Shown here one piece after another: positions 40,595 to 54,611 of a stretch of 64,000 bases of DNA (positions are counted from its first letter, which is position 1; each line of letters starts with the position of its first letter). Position numbers and translations under genes: made by a program. Source of the DNA: Octopus vulgaris (Eukaryota); NCBI GenBank assembly GCA_951406725.2, contig OX597817.1, positions 31,434,001 through 31,498,000 on the forward strand, read 5' to 3'. The notes below the pieces were generated by a model. The model worked only from the letters and a program-made list of their open reading frames with translations, ran no database searches and was not told the DNA's origin.

Positions 40595-41539
40595 TATGAG
40601 ACTTACCATCAATAGAGATTAGAATACATTTAGTTATGATGCCAGCTGCTGCTTTTCTGAGCAAACATTTTTAATAGTAAGATTCTCTCTCCACTTGGAG
40701 AGTCAATATTGTCTCCCAGAGAGATAAGTGCTGTTTTCTAAGAATTTGTATGAAATGCTTAATCTTAGGTAGCTACCAACAATTTCTCTGCTTCCTCCTT
40801 GGCACGACCAATTATAAGGATTCATTCATTTAAGCAGTATACCGGGCGATCCTATTTTCTTTTATATTTAATTACTCCCTAATTGCGCTTTGTATTCGGT
40901 TTAATTTGTTAATGTTATTTCTACCTAAGTTGGCAGCAGACACTACATACTGGAATAATAATTCTTTCTTTATTATGCGGATGTTATAAAGTTCTTTCAG
41001 CTTCCACACTTATTAATTCGCTTCCTGCTGACATATGGCCACACAGAGTCATGTTATACTGAATTTTCATGAAGGCTTCTATACTTTGTCATAATATTTC
41101 CACTACTCCTATTTAACATACGTTTGCCGGTTTTTATATAATTAATTATTACTGCTGTAATATCATTATCTTTGCCAATATATTTTATGTTTTGTTTGAT
41201 CATGTCCTGAATAATTGTATGTGCGAAATTTTTAATAAAGATGAAAACTTCTTCACGGTTTATAATATCTCAGCAAACCTTAGTAAATAGGCATTTGTTT
41301 TTTATCATTTTTTATTTTTACATACTAACTACATTCTATTCTATTTGTAGCTTCAAACTTCTCATCAAGTACTGGGACTTGGTAAGAGAATTGTTTTAAG
41401 TTCAGTCCAGTAAGTCTCGGGTTGATACAATTAACCACATCAACATGGCAATATTTTTGCTCAGGAGAAAATTCTTCCTTCAACTCCTTGTCTCTTCCTT
41501 CCTACCATCACCATTTGTACCATTGCTATTTATATTATT

Positions 41540-41791
41540 ATTGTGGGTTTTCTACACAATCTTAGAGTGTCGGTACTGATGGTAACAAGGCATTTCTACC
41601 TCATCTATGCCAACAAATCTTTATACACAATCCCTATTGATCGGCCCCAATTTTTGTTTTTCACAATCCCTTTTGATTGGAATTCGACACCCCCTTTTTT
41701 TTTACCTTCTCTTCTTCCCAAAAAGAAATGCTCTACTTTCTATTTTGTCCCTTCTGTGTTCAGCTCTGCGTGACCAATAAAGAAATCTATC
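41540..41791 (+). mobile_element. Second copy of the (TATC)n-associated LINE 3' end
   Basis: ATCCCTATTGATC..ATCCCTTTTGAT..GCTCTAC..TTTTGTCC..TGTGTTCAGCTCTGCGTGACCAATAAAGAAATCTATCT; left boundary approximate. Confidence 0.65.
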
Positions 41792-41929
41792 TCCGAAGAC
41801 TTCGTTGGACCTAAGAGCTGAAGTTGAAGAGCACTAGGTCCGAGCTGTTCGGTCGACGGGGCTCCACTGACCAGGCCAATTTGCCGATTGACTGATTTGT
41901 TGTCACAGATGAGAGTGATTGCACAGTGT

Positions 41930-43102
41930 CAATGTAAATATGGATCGTTTTCAGATTCTCCTTCAGTACCTTTTTCATAATGACTTCCCTAACTCTTTTT
42001 AGTGTGTCAGTAACCCACTGGGAGTTTACGATACAGCCACATTCAAGAAAATCAAAAATATCACACCTACAAAATATTAACCACGAGTTTCTGTGGCGAT
42101 CACTGGCTCTTGGACTTTTAAGCTTTGGAGGAGACCAGGCCTTCGTTTCAGGAGGCTGCTCTCACATTTCATGCTACTTTCACTAGATCGAAAAGAAAAA
42201 AATTATCTTCATTTGCTTCAAACGCTTTTAGCCGAGCAGAGCAGACGTCCACCCTTCCTTCCTTTAAATTGAGTGTCAACTATTGAAGTGCTCACTTTGT
42301 ATCCACTTTCTGTCACCTAAAGTCAGCCACCATCTTCTGCGTTATGATTACAGCAAAATGGTGGATTGTGACTCGTCAGCTAGAGAGAATCAATTCATTC
42401 ACTCGCTGGCGATATCTGCACTCGCTGTTGATTGTATCCCATTGAGTGCGTTTTTTTTTTCCACGTTAGGTTCTACTTTAAACTTCTTCTTCATCTCTCT
42501 CTGTATATTTTTTTCCTTAATGATGTCATCTCCGTGTGAAGGCGCATGGCTCAGTGGTTAGAGCGTCGAGCTTACGATCGTGAGGTTGTGAGCTCGAATC
42601 CCGAACCGGGCTGCGTGTTGTGTTCTTGAGCAAGACACTTTATTTCACGTTGCTCCAGTTCACTCAGCTGTAGAAATGAGTTGCGACGTCACTGGTGCCA
42701 AGCTGTATCGACCTTTGTCTTTCCCTTGGATAACACTGGTGGCGTGGAGAGGGGAGGCTGGTATGCATGGGCGACTGCTGGCCTTCAATAAACAACCTCG
42801 CCCGGACTTGTGTCTAGGAGGGTAACTTTCTAGGTGCAATCCCATAGTCTGTGTCGTGACCGAAGGGGGTCTCCGATGTCATCTCCGTAAGCAACCAGTA
42901 CCCTTCTGTAGATGTCGAACAGCTTGCACCTCTCCTTTGTCAAGAACATAAGGACAACACGTTGCTGCTGCTTGGAAGCCATTATTTGCTTGCAATGAAA
43001 AGGAGCAAGAAGAAAACTTGCTCTAGAGCAACAGTTATTCAAACAACATGTGCAGTTTGAACGACGATCATGTTAATAAAAAAGTTATCCCCCCCTTTTG
43101 TA
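41930..43102 (-). pseudogene. Mariner transposase relic interrupted by a SINE
   Basis: MASKQQQRVVLMFLTKERCKLFDIYRRVLVAYGD...RQRVNELILS..VTI...SPP..KSKSQ*SPQKLVVNIL...VNSQWVTDTLKRVREVIMKK. Confidence 0.8.
42536..42874 (+). mobile_element. SINE-C H2+T3 with 14-bp TSD
   Basis: TSD GATGTCATCTCCGT (42522-42535 and 42875-42888). Confidence 0.93.
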
Positions 43103-44603
43103 TTACTGGTTTATTCTTCAAGACTATTCTTTGTTTTGGCGTGAACGTACGTTTGCAAGATAGTTCCATAGAATATCCGGATTTGATATATTATACTTGA
43201 TGGAAAGAAAGTTTGTTTGGCTTTATATATATATATATATTTATTAATTTACCAACAGGAGACTTTGACACATTCCAGTTCCCACCCCGTTTAACCGCGA
43301 CGGAATAAACAAGTTTTATCCTTGCTTTCGTTTATTTGGTTATTATTTTTTCTTTATCATAGTCTTTTGTATGGCAGTAAGAGATACTAATCATATAGGC
43401 TGTAGCAACGTACAAATCCTCAAGATTTTGAGAAAAATTCTGAAAATATTTGAAACAAAAAAAACAGTTTGTAAAAAAAAAAAGGGACAATCAACAAAAG
43501 TTTTAACAATTAAATAAAGACACAAAATGTTTATGTCATTTATTTCGATGTTTTGTGTTATTACTCTTCTGACAAAATAATGAAATCATTAATTTTTATC
43601 ATCATCATTATCACCGAAGGAAAAATATATCAAAGTATATTACATCAAGGAAAATGTAAAAGAAAAACAAGATATTAAGTTAGATTTAGACAGGGAAATC
43701 AGATAATTAAAAAAAGTTAGTTCGCACATAAATATTTAAGACTGGATAAAGGTGAAACAAAATACATTAATACGAGATACAAAAATGAAAGAAAGAAATT
43801 TTGATAAAAATGTTAAAAGATTCAATCTACTATGAAAGCCATGACTTTTATGCCAGGCGTAGGAAAATACGATAAATATTCTAGTTTTTAAAACATTAAC
43901 CTACATCTCCAAAGTAATGGCTGGAAAATGAAAGAAAACCAAGAGTTCAGATAGAAAAACTAGACATTACAAGTCTTAATTAATTATAACATTTTAAGAA
44001 CGATTATGAAATGCGTACACAGAGAAAGAACGTTTTGGTTTACACATGTAAAATTACTATATATAAATAATAGGCGACTAGAAACATGATTTTAGGAAAG
44101 AAAAAGATTGATTAACATAGTAAGGAGCAAGAAATCGAAGTGATGTCCTTTCTTTATATATAAGAAAACAATAGGTATAAAACAGAAGCTATGCAGACCG
44201 AAGAAAAGTAATAGGTAAGTAAACTGTGAAAGAGAAGATTAAAAATTTATTTGGAAATAATAAAGTGAGACTGTAAAACAAACAATTATAATTATCCCAT
44301 ACAACGACTAAAGAGAAAAAGTAGCAGGTATAAAACTTGGAAAAAAACGATGAAAACTTTTTAATTAAAAACGAAAACAAAAAATTTTGCTTCCATAGAA
44401 ATCATTTCTTAGCAACCTAAAACAAAGTAAGGTATTTGAGAAAGAGTATAAAATCAACTGCAAACTAAAAGAAATCATTTTATTTCTTGAAAATTAGTCC
44501 TATTAAAGAGAAGTATTTAGTTTTATGCTTTGAGAAACATAACGTGTTCAAATCAAAGCAGAAAAACGTTTCAAATGCGGTATAACAATATTCTATGAAA
44601 CGC

Positions 44604-44701
<98 letters not shown>

Positions 44702-44949
44702 AGAGAGATGGAGAGGGGGAGAAAGAACTGTATTTTCAGATTTGAAAACAATTTGGAAACATGCATTTTGAGAAATAAAGAAAAATGTGGGACTGTTTTC
44801 AACAAACTATAAAGGTAGAAAAATTTGGAGACAACTGAAAATGCGATTAACTTTAATCCAGGTGCGAATAGAAAACTTTTTACTTCTATAGTTTAAAAGC
44901 AGAGATTTATCTCAAATTACAATAAGTTATTTAAAATCATTAAGACATA

Positions 44950-46177
44950 ATAATAGTAATAATTATTTCTTATTTAGTCTCCTTGGTACGACTAGAATCA
45001 CCAGGTAAGTATTAGATATTTGAAGAGGACAAAAAGCATGGTACCGTAGGCTGCATGTACAAGTTCTCCTGCTCATGCAAGACTCCAGGAGTTCCAACAA
45101 AACCTCAGTTAAAAGAAGGAAGAAGAGGAGAAATATCACCGAGTTGAAAAGCAACGCAATTCCACAGCTCTGAAAAAAATCCAGAAGTTGAACCCTCGGC
45201 AAATTACAAAGTTCCAAACTTGCTATTAACTTATCCAACAGATGCTTCTAAAATTATCGCTAAATATTCAATGAACTGACAGGCTCAATAGGGGTTGGGG
45301 AGATACTACAATCCCCACAACCATAAAGACTAATGGGTATATAAATATATATTTCTTTATTGCCCTCAAGGGACTAAACATAGAGGGGACAAACAAGGAC
45401 AGACAAAGGGATTAAGTTGATTACATCGACCCCAGCGCGAAACTGGTACTTTATTTATCGACCCCGAAAGGATGAAAGGCAAAGTCGACCTCACAAAGAT
45501 TAATGGGTATATATATATAAAGATCAGTTACAGATCAATAATGCTTTAGCCGAAGACTTTAGAGGGGTCAAGAGATTAAGTATATCCTGCATTGGTTATC
45601 TTTAGGATTTTGATGGCAAATCTCAATCATGAATTCTCCAAACAATAGAAACAAGCTAGTTCCAATAACAAGTAGGTACACAAAGTATGTACACCAGGTA
45701 AATGAAAATCCAAACAAAAGTAGGAACAGTCATATCAAAACCCAACTTCAGCAATACTCTAAACCAGTTAAAAACCAATAATCTGAAACTGTATGGTAAC
45801 GAATACAAGTGCTAATTTATGACACTCAACCATCTTCAGTATACAGATGACCTCAAATTGTATACTGTAAGTGATAAACAAGTAGTAACGAGATTATATA
45901 TATATACATATATATACATGAGGTCATCTTGACCTTGTTATCTCCCCTACTTTCCCCCTCCCGTCTGACCATTTTGTCCGAGTCAGACGCCATGATAGAT
46001 CGTTAGCCACTACACACATTTTTTTTCTCTCCTTGTTTTTTCTGTGTACCTTTCTGTAGAAGAGCGTAGGCTCGAAACCTAAAAGACTTTTCCTATTCCT
46101 GAGCGCTATACTAATACATCTGTTTGTTTTGTACACCACCTGCGTTCGTCTTTTGTTTTATTTTCGTAAACTTTCCC

Positions 46178-46209
<32 letters not shown>

Positions 46210-47480
46210 TGTATGTATGTATGTATGTATTGCATAGATTAAGTAGGATTATTGGTTTGAAATTAAGCTAAACTACTGATATTATGTTATATGAAGAAAC
46301 AGAGATACGAGAACCAGACTAAATCTAGACAAAAAGTACTTAAGAATTAAGTACTAAATGAAAATGCTTAGAAAGGAATATTATACATTAGTACTTGGGC
46401 ATTAGTAAGTCATTAGTAGTAAGTATTCTATAAACTGGAAGCTAAGTTAGCAAAGCTACGTAAATGAATCACCGAAAATAATGATCGCATTTAGAATACA
46501 CTACACTCAAAAACAATATGTTAGCAACGGATAGAGCGGGGTAGGAGTCTTCTCCAACTAAATAAATATTTACAGCAAGACTACAATACTCTTTTACTCT
46601 TTTAGTTGTTTCAGTCATTTGACTGTGGTCATGCTGGAGCACCGCCTTCAGTCGAGCAAATCGACCCCAGGACTTATTCTTTGTAGGCCTAGTACTTATT
46701 CTATCGATCTCTTTTGCTGAACCGTTAAGTTACATGGACGTAAACACACCAGCATCGGTTGTCAAGCGATGTTGGGGACAAACACAGACACAAACATATA
46801 CACACACATACATACACATACATATACATATATACGACGGGCTTCTTTCAGTTTCCGTCTACCAAATCCACTCACAAAGCTTTGGTCGCCCCGAGGCTAT
46901 AGTAGAAGACACTTGTCCGAGGTGCCACGCAGTGGGACTGAACCCGGAGCCATGTGGTTGGTAAGCAAGCTACTTACCACACAGCCACTCCTACGCCTAT
47001 AATATATAGTAAAGAATAAAGGTAAAATAATGCAAACACTTAAAAAACACAAACAAAACAAAGATTTTTCTCTGCCATCGGAGAAAACCAACAAGAAAAA
47101 AAGAGTGAATACAAAATCTGAAGCTAAGACATTGATAAGACACATCCATATTTTATCATGTAATGCTACTGGTCAATGAGAAAGTGGATAAAGGAAATAT
47201 TCAGCGCTGAGTGTAAAACCCAACACACAAATCCGAGATTAAAAGGTTTTTAATCGTAGTCTGTCTATATGAAAGATTATCAAAAACATATGAAATAGAA
47301 TACCTAAGTAACTACAGTATTTGAAGAGGCTGTGAAGAAAGAATCTATCACATAGTTTCCAGGTATAAGAAAACTGAAAATGATAATAGACATGGAAGCG
47401 TTTGAGATTTTATTGGCAAGAAGTTAAACCAGCATTACAGAATGTGCACGAAAATAAATGGTACCAAAATGTATTGGCGA
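44950..47480 (+). pseudogene. Highly decayed R4/Dong-like LINE, interrupted by SINE-A (45351-45492), a Penelope-like fragment (45920-46178) and SINE-B (46587-46998)
   Basis: TLNHLQYTDDLKLY at about 45822-45863 (compare HLLYMDDLKLY); KSEIKGFLI at about 47230; ERIYHIVSR zinc-knuckle-like remnant at about 47337. Confidence 0.65.
46587..46998 (-). mobile_element. SINE-B
   Basis: Full family sequence. Confidence 0.93.
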
Positions 47481-47711
47481 CGTATTAGACTGTAAATAAG
47501 GGTATTTATTTACGGTCTATTTCGTGGAGTGTTTACGCTATTTCATAAAGATATTCTATTATTAATAATAAATTGTTTTTAAAGAAAGAAAATTGTATGA
47601 AAAATATGTATCCACTTTTCATCTCCAATAAGAATTTCCAACACCAAAAAACAAGAGAAAAAAATACTTAGAAGCGATTCTCTCCCTTTAAGCACACATT
47701 TCTAAAAAAAA

Positions 47712-48030
47712 AGACTCCGCCGGTTACGACGACGAGGGTCCCAGCTGATACGATCAACGGAACAGCTTGCTCGTGAAATTAACGTGCAAATGGCTGAGCA
47801 TTCCACAGACACGTGTACCCTTAACGTAGTTCTCGGGAATAATCAGCGTGACACAGAGAGTGACAAGGCTGACCCTTTGAAATACAAGTACAACTCATTT
47901 TTGCCAGCTGAGTGGAGTGGAGCAACGTGAAATAAAGTGTCTTGCTCAAGGACACAACGCGTCGCCGGGAATCGAACTCACAACCTTACGATCATGAGCC
48001 GAATGCCCTAACCACTAAGCCACGCGCCCT
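47712..48030 (-). mobile_element. SINE-C H2+T1
   Basis: TSD TTAAGCACACAT (47688 and 48033); short homopolymer tail. Confidence 0.92.
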
Positions 48031-49955
48031 CATTAAGCACACATACACACATACTATATATATATCTCTCTCTCTCTCTTTCTGCCATCATGTAGCAGCC
48101 TCCAGCGAACAGAACATGTGTCTCTATCATATGTAAAACATTAACTTATGAACATTCGATATTTCGGTGTATCTAAGAAATACTTGCTTGACGAATATAC
48201 AGGTGGTTTTACTTTGGAATGATTCGCGGAAAATGCACCCAAGTAGTGTGAGTAAGAAGATCCGTTTGCCATAATGTGGTCCCATGTTCCACTCGCCACT
48301 TTGCACTCCCTTGAGCGAATATCTACTACAACCGCGAGACAATTTATGTCTTATGGGTAGAATCAGATGTAAGAACATCGTACAGATGCCAGTTGGGCGG
48401 GTCTTTATTGATAGAATTAGTCCATTCTCTAGTTTGATGCTACCGCCTGGACATGTATAACTTTAGAATTCCTTATGTTGCAAGTTTTCGGACCAGGATT
48501 CTGTTCTGAGGAAAATTTGATATCTTGTTGTGATTCTTCCTACTGCAACAATTTATTATCGTGGTTCCTTTATGTCTGCCTCCAACCCAGCAGACTCAGG
48601 GACCTTGCATCAGTCATAAGCAATACTCTTCGTCATCTGACAAAACTATAAAAAAAAGCACCGTGCTCTTATATTTCAATTGCACAGTAACAGACATTTC
48701 AAATCTCTGCTCAGTGTTCGTTTAATTACGATCCCCTCACGCCAAGAACAAACATAATTTATAGTCATATAAATAGAATGCGTCGTAATCTACTTAATCC
48801 AAAGAGGGGAAACTAATTTAGACATTGGTATTAGTTTCACGACTGTTAAAATGTTACTTCTACACCATCACAGCATTACAATTTTGTATAGGGAGGCATA
48901 TGTCGAGAACTAACGCCACCACTTTGAAAATTGACTCGCATAAGGTTAGTCGCATTTTGTATGTAAGACTAACAAATATTTCAACAATTCACAGAGAACT
49001 CTCGATATTTAAAATGAAAATTACAACGCATGAAGTCAGTTCGATGCCCACACGTGTTGCCAAGACCGCATAGGATAATTGCTCTGCAGCAAGTCTATAC
49101 ATAGGTACAGTCGTTTCTTTGTGATGAAGAGTTTCACAACCTCGTCTTCTTGAGTTCGGTCCCATTGCATGGCCCTAAGATGCCTTTAATACTATGTGAA
49201 TGAATTTGATAACCGGAAAATGTATAGAAACCCGCTTTATATATGTGTGTATGTGTGTGCTTGCGTGGGCGTATGTGTGAAATCACGTGGCTAGTGATTA
49301 GGGTGTTGGGACCACGTTCATAAAGTATTGGTTTCAGTTCTTGGATTGGGTGGTGATTTGTGTCCCTGGGCAAGGCACTTAACTTGTTCCTATCAGATCA
49401 GTTAAAAATGGGCACCAGCCGAATACTAGAGAGCAGCTCACTGTCCTTCCAGCTGTTACATTGTGATGTGATTTGCCACTGGACAAAAAAAAAAAGGGGG
49501 ATGGGAGAGTCAAGAGGGTGTCTATCATTGTCTATCATAGGCACAAAAAACAATTAATGAAAGCATGGTATAAACTACATACTCACCTGCAGGTGACAGC
49601 TGACTTTCAGACAGAGATGTGGATAAAATAGACCTCTCCTTCACGAATTTTTTTTTTTTTTTTTTTTTTTGTTTTGTTTTTGTTTTTTTTGCTGTCGATT
49701 TGCCACAATACAAGACACCTATATTTTCTTTCACTTCTGCTGAGGATTCCTTCGAGGTGAGACAAAAATTTTTTTTTAAATTTGATACAAAGCCACCAAT
49801 TTTAGCGGGAGTGAGTTAGTCGATTACGTTGACTCTGGTACTTAACAGGTACTTTACTTTTTCGACACTGAAAGAGTGAAAGGAAGAGTTAACCACCATG
49901 TTTTTATTTTTTTGCTTTTTAACCCAGAGCCAGAAGAAAAGCTGTTAAGGTTTTG

Positions 49956-50389
49956 GGATCTTTTCGGTTTGAACGGCAGTTTTTTCTAGCGGTGTCACTT
50001 GAAATCGTCACCCATAATTATGACCCTAGTGTCGATCTATTGCATTTCAATATGTTTTAGGGTTAGGGTTAGGGTTAGGGTTAGAGTTAGGGGTGGGGGA
50101 AGGGTATCTTTTTTTCTTCGCAAATATAAATAAACCCAACCTGTTTCTTAAACGAGAGACATATTCATACGGCACAGAATGTTTTTTACCTCAACAGATG
50201 TCAGTGATTGGTTGAAATTGCAGAAATTGAAGAGAAAAAACAACAAATATCTTACAAACTATAGAATTTTCTCAATAAAGCCAAGAGAAAAAGATGTTTT
50301 ATAAACACATTCTATCAGTATACGAAGTTTAAAATTTTTTAGTTACCTAGAAATTATGTTAAAAACTGCAGCTCAAACCGAAAAGATTC
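49956..50389. mobile_element. GGATC-ended TIR element carrying (TTAGGG)n, inserted in an old SINE-A
   Basis: TIR GGATCTTTTCGGTTTGAACGGCAGTTTTT; TSD AGGTTTTG/GGGTTTTG; TTAGGG run at about 50057-50092. Confidence 0.85.
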
Positions 50390-51948
50390 GGGTTTTGTTC
50401 AACGTGCTATGGGCGAAGCAAATAATAATCAAAATATGCTTTGTAGTATGAAGCTTGTCCTCAGAACAATTGCTCCAATTCTACAAACACAATATTTATC
50501 ACTAAAGTTAGATATAAAAGACAAAAGTACCAACAGTTAAGCAAACAGATAAACAACTCGAGCACCGACAGATAGAATTATTGCAGTTTTATTGTAAGTG
50601 ATTAAATCTAACAGTTGAGTGTCTGGCAATTTCCTGAAAAGGCCACTTTATTAAGTACATGTTTTCCTTAGAAGCAAGCAAACAGCACGTATAAACGAAT
50701 ATATTTTCATCAAGATACGAACATAGATAGGCTACGAGGTCGTTTGATTTGCTGAAAATAGTTGTCAAATCTCGCCCAAATTTTAACCTAATCGTCTTAA
50801 AAGCGATAATTAACGAAGGATAATGTAGTTCTGGATATACTTCGTCTGAAAAATTTAGACAGAATTATTATTTTAGAGTCTGTCAGATCAGAGCAGACTT
50901 GAGACGAAGCAACAGCGATGTAGAATGAGAATAAAAATTTAGAAAGAGAGAAAGCGAAAGAGAGAGAGAGAGGGGGAGAATGGAAGAGTGGGTAAAGGGA
51001 GTGAATCAGGCCTAAATTTTCTCCACACACATACTTACGCTTAACACACACAAACACACACAAACCAAAAAGGCACGTAATGATTTTCTCCTCCTTTCAT
51101 TCTGAACCTTGTCTTTCTCTTTCCGTCTACAACCTACCTCTTTCCTTTCCATCCTCCCCTTCCTCCATCCTTTTTCTAAATTAACTTTAAGTTGCTTTAT
51201 GCCTTATTATTGCATATATTGTTTTCTTTATCTTTTTCCATCATTCGCTGTTAATGGAATCTTAATTACATTGAAAAACTGTTATTAGCTTTCTGTTCTA
51301 AGTTTCATTTGTCGCCAATTCCATGCAGAGAAAGAACAAACCAATAACCATTTGCTATTTCTGATACCATTTTTCCTTCTGTGAGATATTTTTTTTTCTT
51401 TTGTCCTCGTTGTTTTACTTTTCATTTTCCTTCTTCTGACAACCTATTTCTGTCATTTATATGCAGCGTCACAGTTGTATACAAAACAAAATTGAGTAAA
51501 TTAGCATAAAATAATATATAATGTGAGAAAAGATATCGGTTAAATAATTAAAAGGAAACTTTGAACTAGAAACTACATTTATTTATATCTTCGTTAGCTA
51601 ACGTGTACGCAAGCACACATACACATGCGCAAAAACACACATGCACAGACACGCATGCACATACATAAGATAATACGTAAATAACTTCTTGTTTAAAGAA
51701 CATGATTGAATGTCTGGAAAAATATTTAAATACAAGTATTCATTTTAATATGTTTAGTTGAATTTTGTTTGAAAATCGAAGTATAAGTTTACTATCGATT
51801 ACAGTTGCTTCGGTAGCACTCTCTCTTTTTCTCTCTTCCTCCTCTTCTGTATATATGTATATATATATATATATATAGATAGATAGATACATACATACAT
51901 ACATACATACATACACACACACACACTCACACACACTCACACACACAC

Positions 51949-52011
<63 letters not shown>

Positions 52012-52014
<3 letters not shown>

Positions 52015-52390
52015 TTCATAAGCTCGTCTTCCTAGCGTTCAGAATAATTTTTCCATCGCCTTGGCTTAACAGCCCTCACAGTTTGTTTTTACTGTTTTGT
52101 TCTCACTGTCCTGGTCTTGTTACCACTTTCACCCTCCGCAAAAAATTCCAAATTTTATTTGATTTGCTATGCGGGAAGAATTGTTTCAACGAAGTCGCGT
52201 CTTGTCCTTGCCTTCGTAACGTGGAGTAGATGAAACAGGGACAACTGAAGAAGGAGAATATTCTTTATGTTGTATATCTCGTTAATCTGTTTGTTTTTTT
52301 CGTTGTTCGAAGATAAATTCGTTATCTATGTTTTTGCTTTTATGTTTTCGTTTCTCATTCTGTTCAACGTTTTTTTGATGTACTGTACCC
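52012..52390 (+). mobile_element. Penelope-like 3' fragment (GIY-YIG C-terminal remnant and terminal repeat) between (TA)n
   Basis: SE*FFHRLG..PH(S)L resembles EQxLIFRLGTLxPHGLN; CTGAAGAAGG at about 52245 without an intact GAAA. Confidence 0.5.
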
Positions 52391-52457
52391 ATATATGCAT
52401 GTATATATACATATATATGTAGGTATGTACATATATGTATGTATATATGCATATATT

Positions 52458-52521
<64 letters not shown>

Positions 52522-52527
<6 letters not shown>

Positions 52528-53312
52528 GATAATGATTGCTTCATCTTGACAGACGATAGCCGTCCCATCAACAAACACACCACACCCCATCACACAGCCT
52601 AATCCCTCCGTTGATGACCCTCCAGATGACTTTTGAGACCAGCTGCTGACTGACAGGGTTTAAAACACTAGTAATGGATGTTATTCAAGTTTCTTCCATA
52701 TCTTTGCCTTTTGGAAGGAATGTTTTTGTGAACTAGCATATGTCTTTTAAATCCAGATTTTGTCTTACAAGTTTTGTGACATACGACACAAGTCGTAAGA
52801 GGCGGTTGGTGTCCAAGATTATTACCTATCTGGACATTACGATTTTCAAGTGATTTCATATGATTTACGTATCCTGCTCTTGACAACAGAACACGATCAC
52901 ACATAATATATATCCAATGTTCACTGTTGATTTCAGTATCAGTTGTTCCTTTGCGACAGGCCCTGTTAAATTCTGGGTGCTGAATCATTTTTTCCTCCTA
53001 TGTATTGCAACCAGCCCTAACAGCACCTCTCCACCTGTTCCGATCTAGAGCATCATTTTCCCAATCACTTTTACTCATATCTAGTTTTTTTCCATTTTTC
53101 CTTCACACAGTCTTTATACCTTTTCCTTGGCTTATCCTGTGGTCACTTACCAGAGTTGAGCTCACCATAAAAAAGACGCTTTGGTAATCGCTCATCTTTC
53201 ATTCTAATAACATGTCCAGTCCATCCCATTCGAGCCAAGATAACATGTTGTTCAACTGAGCTACAACGTGCCATGCGCAAAACTTCTGTATCTAGTATGA
53301 AACATTCCCATA
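52522..53312 (-). pseudogene. RTE LINE 3' part with two C2H2-type fingers
   Basis: DTEVLRMARCSSVEQHVILARMGWTGHVIRMKDERLPKRLFYGEL..RKRYKDCVK; CDRVLLSRAGYVNH and CVVCHKTCKTKSGFKRHMLVH; (ATC)n-like tail. Confidence 0.88.
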
Positions 53313-54611
53313 TGTGTGTGCGAGAGAGATAGTGTGTGCGTGTGTGCGCGCGCGCGTAGTTGAATTTCTCAAATATGGGAGCATATATATATATATAGTG
53401 CTTGGTGCAAGAGAAAAAATCTCCAGGAAATCTAGCACTAAAGAAACCAAACTGGTGAACACTGATAAGACCTAAGATGGTGAAGTAGACTTTAAATCAA
53501 AACTATACCATACGGTCCCATTTCGTCTTGTTTCCTATATGCAGGGAAACCAGAATCACACTATTCGTTTTCTTTCTTTTAATGCGGTAAGTTGAGATTT
53601 GAAGGAGATTAGGCTGTTATTTCTAGACGGTCGCGTGATCATGTAGAAGCGCCTTCCTTTATTTTTGATTAACGATGTTTGACCCATAATGTTGAGAGAG
53701 CAGTAAAAGTAATTCTTTATTTGTGTAATGCTGAACTGAATGCAAAATTGATTAACCAATCCAGTGGCGGCCATTATAAGGAATGCTACTTACAAGATCA
53801 TTGTGATTATTTAGTTGCGGATAAGATGATTCTCCAAAGTTAACAGAGATTTTCTTGTCAAGGAATCAGAAGACCCACCAAGAACTAAGTAGGCGAGAGA
53901 CGGTGTTCCCTCTAAGGTGCGTGTTTGTGCGATGTGCACATGTGTTTTAAAACTAACGCACAAAAGAAATGTTCACACACTAGGAGAAAAGGCAGGGCCC
54001 CTAATTTAATATTTGAAAGGGCCTCCGCTTTAGGGCAGAGAGGAAGTAGAAGCAATGGCTCATGAATTATTTCAGTGTGAAACAGTGCATTAATATATCA
54101 AGTTCTCCTCGGATAGGGCACCCGTTCCAACTGATTGCAACACAGCGAACTCCGTTAAAGAGCGCCCTCGAGAATTGGAAGGGAAAGGTTTAAATCGAAC
54201 AATGGATTAAGTCTGCTACTCAAGAATAGGCATAGTTTGACTTCTACATAGTTTCTGTCTGCCTAGAGACATTTACCGCTGTTGGCATGATGTAGGAGTG
54301 AACTTGAAACCATATTAGAACGATGTAAAATTTATAACCACACAACTATGCCTACGTCACTAAATTCTTTCAGTCTGCTACACACAACGATTAAATTTAA
54401 ACAAATTTATATTATTCAAATTACTAACTACACCAAAGGAGTATACGTGGGTTTTTTTAAACTCACAGATCAGATGCGCGTCATATCAAAAATACTTTTT
54501 CTCCATGAATCCTGAAAATGCAACACAGAAAAAAGGAGAAACACAGAAATTGGGAGAATCATTCAATTTTGCTTATTTAACATAGAACCCAGTAAAAAAT
54601 TATTTCTAACG

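Noticed and set aside
43560-44580. L1/Tx1-like RT relic
   Set aside because: A-rich with faint motif resemblance only; no defensible translation.
52240-52275. Hammerhead at CTGAAGAAGGAG
   Set aside because: The GAAA and stem III half is missing; treated as a decayed remnant.
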